Virus record (IMG/VR): IMGVR_UViG_3300017751_000024
Span: 1-52,776 of that record
Direction: 5' to 3' (one strand)
Length of the DNA: 52,776 bases
Source of the DNA: a virus
Taxonomy: Duplodnaviria > Caudoviricetes
Under the pieces are notes generated by a model that saw only the letters and a list, made by a program, of their open reading frames with translations, was not told where the DNA came from and made no database searches. Shown here piece by piece: positions 45,174-52,776 of the stretch. Position 1 is the stretch's first letter, and every line of letters begins with the position of its first letter. The position numbers were made by a program, and so were the translations under genes.

Positions 45174-46197
45174 CATTGGCAACATAACCGAACTTAACGG
45201 AACAGGCAGGATTGTAAGGGATAAACCTTATGATGCTGCCTTATCTTTTAATATAGAAAGCTTTGACAATGTACAAACTTCAGAAGGTCGGATAGGGATT
45301 ACATTCCTAGACGAAAGCCAAGTTAGGCTAACAGAACATTCTGAACTTATTATAGACGAGTTTATCTATGACCCTGACCCATCTAAATCTAAGATGGCTT
45401 TACAGTTTGCTAGTGGTACTGCAAGATTTATCACAGGAAAACTAGCGACAATCAATAAAGAAAATATTTTTATAGAAACCCCAAGTGCTACTATTGGTAT
45501 TCGTGGTACAGACTTTACTGTTACTATAGATGAACTTGGAAGGTCTCTTATTATTTTATTACCTGATGAAAATGGTTTACCAAGTGGAGAGATAGTAGTA
45601 GCTACGGCTATGGGTGAGGTGGTTTTAAATCAACCTTATCAAGCTACATCAGTATCTACATTTGAAAGCAAGCCTGCAAAGCCTGTAGTGTTAGACATAA
45701 CTACAGAGCTAATAGATAACATGTTAATAGTTAGCCCACCACAGGAAGAGTTTAATGTTAATGAAGAAAATGTATCGGACAATAGTAGTAATATACTTGA
45801 TGTGGATTATCTGGAGTTTGACGACCTAGATATAGATTTATTAAAAGATGATAGCTTGGAATTTACAGAGCTAGATATAAATTATCTAGATGTAAATTTC
45901 TTAGAAGACTTGCTAGATATAATAGAAGAAGTAAACGAGCTAGATGAAACAGAAAGTTTACTGAGAACAGATGTAAATTTAAAAGGTACACAGGTGGGGT
46001 TCGACCCTAATACTCAGATAAATACTTTTATTACAGACCGACAGATAAGTTTACTTAGAAGTGTAGAGCATACAGTAAAAATAGATTTAGATAAATCAGG
46101 AGCTTATACCGTTATACTAATACAAGAAGGTAAGAGTACACAGCTTATAGTAAATGGTGGTGGGGATTCTGTTATAAAAATTAAACAGAGTAACTAA
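45088..46197 (+). CDS. FecR-domain periplasmic protein (start possibly 45112 or 45121)
   Basis: IG.I.EL.G, D.VQT..G...I.F.D.S...L.EHS.L.IDEF, TPSATIGIRGTDF. Confidence 0.85.
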   Translation: MIGSKLYPMVLMAACVLSKTIMAQPLDASIGNITELNGTGRIVRDKPYDAALSFNIESFDNVQTSEGRIGITFLDESQVRLTEHSELIIDEFIYDPDPSKSKMALQFASGTARFITGKLATINKENIFIETPSATIGIRGTDFTVTIDELGRSLIILLPDENGLPSGEIVVATAMGEVVLNQPYQATSVSTFESKPAKPVVLDITTELIDNMLIVSPPQEEFNVNEENVSDNSSNILDVDYLEFDDLDIDLLKDDSLEFTELDINYLDVNFLEDLLDIIEEVNELDETESLLRTDVNLKGTQVGFDPNTQINTFITDRQISLLRSVEHTVKIDLDKSGAYTVILIQEGKSTQLIVNGGGDSVIKIKQSN

Positions 46198-47927
46198 TGA
46201 AGTGGGCTAGTTTATTAATAGGATTATTAGCTCTTCCTTTATTATTTAATGTAGCTCCGTTAGAAACATTAAGACTTAAAACATTTGACAGGCTAGTAAA
46301 TACACCTGAGCCTACAGGATATTTTACAATACTAAATATAACTGAAGAGTATATAGATAGTCAGGGTGGTTATCCATTACCTAGAGAAACACTAGCAGAT
46401 ATCCATGTAAAGCTTTTACAAGAAGGAGCAATAGGAGTAGGGTGGACTATGTTATTCCCTCATCCTGATAGGTTAGGCGGAGATGAAAAGTTTGCTAAAG
46501 CCTTATCATTTTCTCCTAGTATACTTGCAATGCCTGAAGTACCTAATAGTATATATCCTAAAACACATGGTACAGTCATCCGAGGGCCAGAAGTAAATCT
46601 ACCAAAAGCTCAAGGATTCTTACAGAACATAGACATACTTAAAAATAATTCTAGCCAGGGAGCTGTGTCTGCTCCTGTTGATGTAGACAATCTTGTTAGG
46701 CAAATACCTTTAATGCAACAAACACCTAATGGGTGGGTCGCATCTTTTGGGACTGAAGTATTAAAAGTATTAGGTGGCGGTAGTACGTATCAAATTATTA
46801 CCAACGAGAATGGTATAGAGATGGTGAGAGTCAAAGGACTAGACCCTATACCTACTGATAGCTATGGACGTAAATGGATTAGTTGGGTAGATACACCACA
46901 GACTACACTAGATAATTTAAATGTAGCAGGTAAGTTTGTCTTTGTAGGTTTTACAGCTAAAGGTATAACAAGTCAGCTAGCAACTCCTGTTGGATTACTT
47001 GAGCCTCACAAAATTCAGGCAGCTCTTGCCGAGTCAATATTATTAAATACACCACAGATACCAGACTACAGATTGTTTGTAGAGCTACTATTATTATGTG
47101 TCTCTGGTCTTCTTATAGCTCTTGTAATACATTCTTTTGGTATGACACTATCAATGGTATTAGCTGGTGGTTTGTTTGCTTCAGTAGGTTATCTTGGATA
47201 TTACTTTGTATCTATTGGTTATCTTATAGATGTCACATGGAGTATGACGAGTATGATACTTTTGTCTTTACAACAATTCTATTTAAGATTTAGACAGCAG
47301 TATAGATTAAGACAACAAATAAGAAAACAGTTTGAACATTACCTTGACCCAAGACAAGTTGCCAGGCTACAAAAAAATCCAGGGCTTTTAAAATTAGGTG
47401 GTGAAAGAAAAAGATGTACGATTATGTTTACAGATGTCAGAGGCTTTACAAGTCTATCAGAAAAGTTAGAGCCTGAAGAAGTTATAAAAATTATGAACAA
47501 AGCCTTGACTGTACAAGCTGATGCTGTTCAAAGGAATGGAGGGATGGTAGACAAATATATAGGGGATGCAATGATGGCTGTATGGAATGCTCCATTAGAT
47601 GTAGACAATCAAGAACAGTTAGCTATTGAGACAGCTCTTCAAATACAACACGACATGCAAGAAGCAGAGTTAGAAGTTGAAATTGGTATAGGAATAAATA
47701 CAGAAATAGTTTGTGTAGGTAATATGGGGTCAGCTTCCAGGTTTGAATATAGCTGTTTAGGTGATGCTGTAAATTTAGCTGCTCGTTTGGAGTCTTCATG
47801 TAAGTCTGTTGGTAAAAATTTAGTCATAGGTGAGGAGACAATTAATAATTATCAGGGTGAATATACAGAATTAGAACCTATTTTTGTAAAAGGTAAAGAA
47901 AAAGAGGTCAAAATCTACACAATATAG
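46197..47927 (+). CDS. CHASE2-domain class III adenylyl cyclase
   Basis: TM-CHASE2 (YPLPR, FPHPDR.GGD..F, DVDNLVR.IPL)-3TM-cyclase (FTDVRGFT, DKYIGDA, GNMGS..RFEYS.LGD.VNLAARLE). Confidence 0.93.
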   Translation: MKWASLLIGLLALPLLFNVAPLETLRLKTFDRLVNTPEPTGYFTILNITEEYIDSQGGYPLPRETLADIHVKLLQEGAIGVGWTMLFPHPDRLGGDEKFAKALSFSPSILAMPEVPNSIYPKTHGTVIRGPEVNLPKAQGFLQNIDILKNNSSQGAVSAPVDVDNLVRQIPLMQQTPNGWVASFGTEVLKVLGGGSTYQIITNENGIEMVRVKGLDPIPTDSYGRKWISWVDTPQTTLDNLNVAGKFVFVGFTAKGITSQLATPVGLLEPHKIQAALAESILLNTPQIPDYRLFVELLLLCVSGLLIALVIHSFGMTLSMVLAGGLFASVGYLGYYFVSIGYLIDVTWSMTSMILLSLQQFYLRFRQQYRLRQQIRKQFEHYLDPRQVARLQKNPGLLKLGGERKRCTIMFTDVRGFTSLSEKLEPEEVIKIMNKALTVQADAVQRNGGMVDKYIGDAMMAVWNAPLDVDNQEQLAIETALQIQHDMQEAELEVEIGIGINTEIVCVGNMGSASRFEYSCLGDAVNLAARLESSCKSVGKNLVIGEETINNYQGEYTELEPIFVKGKEKEVKIYTI

Positions 47928-48044
47928 TGTAAATGCTCTCTCGCTTACGGAGAAGCTCTCTAACGAATTTTATGTTTTTCTATACCTAAGACATTACTTA
48001 CATGCTAATCGTCCAGCACAGGACATCCTATGAGGTCGTTTTTC

Positions 48045-48269
48045 TTATAAAGCTTGAATTTCACGTTGTAAGTAAACATGTAATGGTTCAAGCTTAGCTT
48101 TTGCTCTTTGAAGCAAAACTCTGATGATATGTCTATCCATTTCTGAAAATACTACATCAACTTCATCAACTGGAAACTCAGATATCTCTGAGACTATTTT
48201 ACCTTCTGGTGTAAGTAGCACCGAAAAACTTATTAGGTTGCCCTCACTCTTTTGTTTTTTCCTTTTCAT
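48045..48269 (-). CDS. Hypothetical protein
   Basis: 74 aa, AAGGA SD; last gene of the minus arm. Confidence 0.65.
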   Translation of the reverse strand: MKRKKQKSEGNLISFSVLLTPEGKIVSEISEFPVDEVDVVFSEMDRHIIRVLLQRAKAKLEPLHVYLQREIQAL

Positions 48270-48696
48270 TTCTTTTCCTTAATTCAGTAGTGCTAAATCT
48301 GTGTCCCCTCTTGTTATAATATATTTCTATTCCTCTTTCTTTACATAAACCTCTGCCAGTAAATACAGAGTTTCTATATTCCTCTCCTATAATTCTTACA
48401 TCTATAGGAAAGGTATATAAAATATCTTCTAGCTCATCCTCTCTATGGTAAACAATAATATCATCTACCCACTTTATTCCTTTTAATTGTATTTGTCTTT
48501 CTACAATACTTTGTAAAGGTTTATTCTTTTCTGGTCTATCTGTAGAAGGGTCAGTCTGTAATGCTACAATTAGATAGTCACATATTGTCCTGGCTTCTTC
48601 TAACATAGTAACATGTCCTGCATGTAATAAGTCAAAAGCTCCGCAAGTAATACCTACTTTAGACTTAAGTCCTAGTATGTCATACTTTCTACTCAT
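48244..48696 (-). CDS. Cytidylyltransferase (TagD/glycerol-3-phosphate CTase-like)
   Basis: GAFDLLHAGH HIGH motif, YLIVALQTD, R.H.FSTT.LR. Confidence 0.88.
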   Translation of the reverse strand: MSRKYDILGLKSKVGITCGAFDLLHAGHVTMLEEARTICDYLIVALQTDPSTDRPEKNKPLQSIVERQIQLKGIKWVDDIIVYHREDELEDILYTFPIDVRIIGEEYRNSVFTGRGLCKERGIEIYYNKRGHRFSTTELRKRNEKEKTKE

Positions 48697-49667
48697 TCAG
48701 ATAAATCTGCAAAAGTAATATTATTATGGCTACCTCTTAGTCCTGCTTTCATATATGTGGTAGCTCTACCCTCAAAGAAGTTTTGGTGTTCTACACCCAT
48801 GACTTCATCTAACCAGGGTAAAGGATTTTCTTTTTGATTGTAATTAGGTTTTAATCCTAACTGTAATAATCTTCTATCAGCTATGTATCTATTGTAAGCA
48901 TACATATCTTCTTTAGTAAGTCCTGGTAAGTCTCCCATATCAAATACTAAATCAAGGAACTTGTCTTCAAGCTTTACCATCTCTCTACATATTTGATATA
49001 TTTCTTTTTTAAATTCATCAGTCCATATATTTAAATTTTCTTGTATAAACTCTCTAAACAATTTAGTCATAGCTTCAACATGCATTGACTCATCACGTAT
49101 AGAGTAGGTAACTATCTGTCCCATGCCTTTCATTTTACCGAACCTTGGAAAGTTTAGTAAGATTGCAAAGCTACTAAATAATTGTAGGCCTTCTGTAAAG
49201 GCTGAGTAAACTGCTAAAGTTTTAGCTATAGTTTTCTTATCAGACTTTAGTGGTTTAAAGTTACCAACGTAATCATGCTTGTCAGCCATCTGTTCATACT
49301 CTGCAAAAGCTTTGTACTCTATCTCAGGCATTCCAACTGTATCTAGTAACAAGCTGTAAGCATCTTGATGTATTGACTCCATGTTTGCAAACGATGACAT
49401 CATCATCCTTGCTTCTGGTTTTTTAAATATAGGCATGTATTTATCTACATAACCTGCACCTACATCCACATCTGATTGTGTAAACAATCTAAATATTTGA
49501 GTAAGTAAATACTTTTCTTGTTCTGTAACGTCCTGCCAGTCTTTTACATCATTGTGTAAAGGAACTGACTCAGGCATCCAATGCATTTGATTTTGTAGTT
49601 TGTAATAATCATACATCCACGGATATTCAAATGGTTTGTAGTAGTCTCTGTCAGTTAATAGTGCCAT
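48693..49667 (-). CDS. nrdB: Ribonucleotide reductase class I beta subunit
   Basis: YKPF.YPW, FTQSD, E.IH..AY, TEG.QLFSSF, RDESMH, NFFE. Start revised to ATG 49667 after an AAGGAG SD. Confidence 0.95.
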   Translation of the reverse strand: MALLTDRDYYKPFEYPWMYDYYKLQNQMHWMPESVPLHNDVKDWQDVTEQEKYLLTQIFRLFTQSDVDVGAGYVDKYMPIFKKPEARMMMSSFANMESIHQDAYSLLLDTVGMPEIEYKAFAEYEQMADKHDYVGNFKPLKSDKKTIAKTLAVYSAFTEGLQLFSSFAILLNFPRFGKMKGMGQIVTYSIRDESMHVEAMTKLFREFIQENLNIWTDEFKKEIYQICREMVKLEDKFLDLVFDMGDLPGLTKEDMYAYNRYIADRRLLQLGLKPNYNQKENPLPWLDEVMGVEHQNFFEGRATTYMKAGLRGSHNNITFADLSE

Positions 49668-49818
49668 GTTTATTCTCCTTATATCGTTTATCTGGTGTAC
49701 CATCTTTCTTAAGACGTACCCTTTTTATTTTTTGTTTTTCTCCTAAGCCTACCATCTTCATTATCTTAGGTAATCTAGCAGACTTCATTAGTTTGTGTAA
49801 GTACCTACCGAACTGCAT
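49651..49818 (-). CDS. Small basic protein with KKDGTPDKRY motif (55 aa)
   Basis: Not in track. MQFGRYLHKLMKSARLPKIMK...LKKDGTPDKRYKEN; GAGGA SD; fills the fkbM-nrdB gap. Confidence 0.55.
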   Translation of the reverse strand: MQFGRYLHKLMKSARLPKIMKMVGLGEKQKIKRVRLKKDGTPDKRYKENKHGTIN

Positions 49819-50371
49819 ATATATCCTCACCCTCTGTCCATGTTAGATAACCTAGACTTTGTAATATACCTACAGCTTTAATATCATCAATATGTTTATG
49901 CTCCATCTTTATGAACGTAGGCTTAATGTCCCAAGTGTAATCTTCCATGATATTCATTTCATGTCCTTCAACATCTAACTTTAAAAAGTCTATAGTCGTA
50001 ATTGCATTATCATAAAGAATAGTATCTAATCTTTTACAAGGAACTTCTATAATCTTATCTAGATATTCTTCTTTACTCCAAGACTCATACTCAAATATCC
50101 TACCGCCTTTGTGGTTGTCAGACATAATAGATGACATACCTCTAATACTTGCATCAGGATAGTCTTGTTTGGCTACACCTAATTGTATTGTGCCGTCATA
50201 GTCAGATACAGCACATTGTAAAGTTATTACGTTAGGATAGTCTTCCATTGCTTTGTTCATATTTTTAAAAGCTACTGGGTTAGGCTCTACCATAATTCCT
50301 TGCCATCCGTTATCAGCTAACTTTTGACAAGTATCAAAATCACACGTTCCAATTTCTATAAATGTTTTCAT
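49805..50371 (-). CDS. FkbM-family SAM-dependent methyltransferase
   Basis: FIEIG, GW.G..VEP, AVSD, IDFLKLDVEGHE. Confidence 0.88.
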   Translation of the reverse strand: MKTFIEIGTCDFDTCQKLADNGWQGIMVEPNPVAFKNMNKAMEDYPNVITLQCAVSDYDGTIQLGVAKQDYPDASIRGMSSIMSDNHKGGRIFEYESWSKEEYLDKIIEVPCKRLDTILYDNAITTIDFLKLDVEGHEMNIMEDYTWDIKPTFIKMEHKHIDDIKAVGILQSLGYLTWTEGEDIYAVR

Positions 50372-50712
50372 TTTTTCCTCATATTCTTATGTAGTTTAAT
50401 AAAAAATTCTGCATCAATAACTACTAATGGTTTATGTCTATTCTTTTTTATTACAACTAGGGGTTCATACTTCCCACAGTTTACCGATGCTTGTTCGTAG
50501 GATGTCCAGACATTAACTCGTTCTTGATTTTTACATTCAACCGAGTAAGGAAAATTCTTCCTTGCAGCTCTTGCCATAATAAGGTCTTCACCAGAAGAAC
50601 CCATAGGGCGACTTTCAATATCTTCAACATGTATCTTTAACTCTTTAATAAGCTTGTCTCGAGTCCACTTCTGTAGATTTCTACCTTTTGCTTTTGCTGA
50701 TTGTGTCTTCAT
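50368..50712 (-). CDS. Holliday-junction-resolvase-like PD-(D/E)XK nuclease
   Basis: SAKAKGR, GEDL, SVECKN, PLVV. Confidence 0.7.
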   Translation of the reverse strand: MKTQSAKAKGRNLQKWTRDKLIKELKIHVEDIESRPMGSSGEDLIMARAARKNFPYSVECKNQERVNVWTSYEQASVNCGKYEPLVVIKKNRHKPLVVIDAEFFIKLHKNMRKK

Positions 50713-52601
50713 CCTTCACAGGCTATACATTCTACATCGTCTAATTTTATTCTAGGTACTTTAATATTTACATTCTCTACATTCCTTGCGGCATTTGACC
50801 TGAAGTAATATAAAGATTTTAATTTATTCATACCGTACCAATGAACATCATTTACATATTGCATGTAGTCGTCATGTATTTCCTGAGCCTCCGTTGTTTT
50901 GGGTAAAGTAAAAAATAAGTTTACTGATTGTGCTTGACATATATATTGTTGTCTTTGATATGCATGCTCTACTATCCATATTTGATTTATTTCATTAGCT
51001 GTCTTAAATATTTCTTTCTCTTCCTCTGTAAGAATATCTAACTGCTGAACACTTCCTTCGTTTGCTGTGATACTCTTCCAGGTTTCTTCTAATTTTTTTC
51101 CTCTAAGTTTTTTTTGCTTGAAGATGTTTGATAGGTATTTGTTTTTGACTTGGTAAGAACCTGATAAAGTTTTGTGGGTATATGCATTAGCACGGTAAGG
51201 CTCAATGCTAGGGCTAGTACCACTACAAATAATCCCAGAGCTAGCATTAGGAGCAACAGCAAGAAGGTTAGCATTACGAAGCTTGCCACCATGTAGGTCA
51301 GGACATTCGCCACGTAAATCGCAAAGTCTTGTAGAAGCTTCTGTGGCTGAATTTTTAATGAAGCTAAATGCTTGGTGGTTAAAACTCGTAGCGAAGATAC
51401 TTTCAAACGAAATGTTTTTAGACTGGAGATAAGCATGGAAACCCATTGCTCCCAGACCAAGAGACCTTTCTCTATAAGCAGAGTAAGCAGACTTAACAAA
51501 GCCTTCTTTCCCAGATTTAATATACTTTTTAAACCTTTTAAAATTTGCAATGTACCCTCCTAAGTTTGATGTATCTATGGCATTCTCAATGTAATGTTCA
51601 ATCACATTATCCAGCATTGTTATTAAGTCTTGAATGAATAAAGGTTCTTTAGACCAGGTGTCAAAGTGTTCAAGGTTTACACTAGACAAACAACATACTG
51701 CTGTTCTTTCTTCATCTGTTGGTAATGTAATCTCAGAACATAAGTTACTTTGTTTTATACTCAGGCCTAATTCTTTTTGTTGTTCAGGTAAGCTTTCATT
51801 ACACGTATCTATATTAACCATGTAAGGCTCGCCTGTCTCAGCCCTAGCATTTAATATCTGCCACCATAAATCTCTAGCCTTTATAGTCCTTACTGCTTCT
51901 TTTGTTTTAGGGTCAATTAATCTCCAGTCTGCATCTTCTTTTACTGCTTTAAGATAATCATTAGTTATGTTTACTCCGTTATGTAAGTTAAGAGACTTTC
52001 TATTTATATCACCACCAGATTCTTTTCTAATATTTATAAACTCTTCTATCTCAGGATGTGATATATCCATATAAGCAGCATAGCTACCACGTCTTGTAGT
52101 GCCTTGATTAAAGGCTAACATCTGTGAGTCTACTACATGGATGAAAGGAATACTTCCAGTAGAACGAGAGCCATGAGCAGTAGATATCCCATTACTCCTA
52201 ACATCCCCCCAATATCCACCAATCCCTCCACCTGAGCTTGCGAGCCACATATTCTCATCATAATGAGTAGAAAGACCATCCCTACTGTCAGGTACGTAAT
52301 TAAGAAAACAACTGATAGGAAGCCCACGTGTTGTTCCTCCGTTACTAAGTATAGGAGTGCTGAACATGAACCAGCGACTGGAACAGTACGAGTAAAGTCT
52401 TTGAGCCAGTTCAAAATCTGTCTCACCTTTGTAGGTTGCTCCGAATACGGAGGCTCTTGCGAATGCTTCTTGTGCATGTGTTTCATTATCCCATAAATAT
52501 CTATCTTTTAAAGTATCTAAACTAAATTTATCAAACTCTTTTTCTTTATCGTAATCTATTGTGATACCTAAATAAGGTTTCTTTCCTATTTTATCTTCCA
52601 T
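50709..52601 (-). CDS. nrdA: Ribonucleotide reductase class I alpha subunit (no ATP cone)
   Basis: TP.LSN, ISCF, SNLCSEI, APNASS, LYY, C-terminal CIAC. Confidence 0.96.
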   Translation of the reverse strand: MEDKIGKKPYLGITIDYDKEKEFDKFSLDTLKDRYLWDNETHAQEAFARASVFGATYKGETDFELAQRLYSYCSSRWFMFSTPILSNGGTTRGLPISCFLNYVPDSRDGLSTHYDENMWLASSGGGIGGYWGDVRSNGISTAHGSRSTGSIPFIHVVDSQMLAFNQGTTRRGSYAAYMDISHPEIEEFINIRKESGGDINRKSLNLHNGVNITNDYLKAVKEDADWRLIDPKTKEAVRTIKARDLWWQILNARAETGEPYMVNIDTCNESLPEQQKELGLSIKQSNLCSEITLPTDEERTAVCCLSSVNLEHFDTWSKEPLFIQDLITMLDNVIEHYIENAIDTSNLGGYIANFKRFKKYIKSGKEGFVKSAYSAYRERSLGLGAMGFHAYLQSKNISFESIFATSFNHQAFSFIKNSATEASTRLCDLRGECPDLHGGKLRNANLLAVAPNASSGIICSGTSPSIEPYRANAYTHKTLSGSYQVKNKYLSNIFKQKKLRGKKLEETWKSITANEGSVQQLDILTEEEKEIFKTANEINQIWIVEHAYQRQQYICQAQSVNLFFTLPKTTEAQEIHDDYMQYVNDVHWYGMNKLKSLYYFRSNAARNVENVNIKVPRIKLDDVECIACEG

Positions 52602-52776
52602 TGTTTCTCTCTATGTATATGGCTATAATCGCATAGTGTATTATTTTTAATAACTCTTTTTCTTTTCCATCTTTCTTACCACATCGCATAGCATACTTCA
52701 TTATATTACCAATACAAAAACCTTCACCGTGTCCAGCATCAATAATCATATCTGTTGCTTGATACTTACCTTTGCC
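52591..52776 (-). CDS. DUF3310-like protein, 3' part (joins 1-201)
   Basis: Frame stays open to TAA at 52591: ...KEKELLKIIHYAIIAIYIERNNGR. Confidence 0.8.
   Translation of the reverse strand, partial: GKGKYQATDMIIDAGHGEGFCIGNIMKYAMRCGKKDGKEKELLKIIHYAIIAIYIERNNGR
52654..52776. repeat. Terminal direct repeat, copy 2
   Basis: Identical to 1-123. Confidence 0.97.

Noticed and set aside
47928-48044. Bidirectional terminator or ncRNA at the convergence of the two arms
   Set aside because: No convincing GC stem with U tracts; only a weak resemblance to 10230-10295.
51089-52486. Alternative-frame ORFs within nrdA (153 aa and 117 aa)
   Set aside because: Leu-rich off-frame translations with no SD or recognisable motif.
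1-52776. tRNA genes, introns/inteins, RNA polymerase, alternative genetic code
   Set aside because: No cloverleaf or T-loop signature seen in the intergenic gaps; polymerase, TerL and RNR are uninterrupted; genes tile well under code 11.

Overview
The window is a complete, circularly assembled genome of a lytic, AT-rich, podovirus-like dsDNA phage. Bases 1-123 repeat exactly at 52654-52776 (unit length 52,653 bp), and a DUF3310-like gene reads through that junction. There are two oppositely transcribed arms. The minus arm (about 10.8 kb back to 1, continuing 52.6 kb back to 48.0 kb) carries early promoter-gene-terminator cassettes, a TonB-C-like membrane protein, SSB, T7-like primase-helicase and family A polymerase (Tyr762 type), nucleases, class I RNR (nrdA/nrdB), an FkbM methyltransferase and a cytidylyltransferase. 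The plus arm (11.3-47.9 kb) carries TerS/TerL, portal, scaffold, an HMO-2011-like major capsid protein, tail proteins, a 2080-aa collagen-containing tail fibre, ejection proteins and holin-like genes. I found no RNA polymerase, integrase, tRNA or CRISPR. Two systems stand out. (1) A single three-domain enzyme (GT25 + PLOD/LH3-type glycosyltransferase + lysyl-hydroxylase-type 2OG-Fe(II) dioxygenase) is encoded just downstream of a proline-free collagen fibre with roughly 90 Gly-X-Lys triplets. This looks like a complete animal-type collagen hydroxylysine-glycosylation pathway in a tailed phage. (2) A five-gene trans-envelope module comprises CsgF, CsgG, a curlin-like protein, a FecR-domain protein and a CHASE2 adenylyl cyclase. 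Non-coding signals include a triple RNA motif before the scaffold gene, back-to-back consensus promoters at the likely genome end, a consensus promoter inside terL and an SlmA-like site. A recurrent R-x-x-[YM]-x-x-G-G motif appears in several virion proteins. All calls come from motif recognition by eye; no database search was run.
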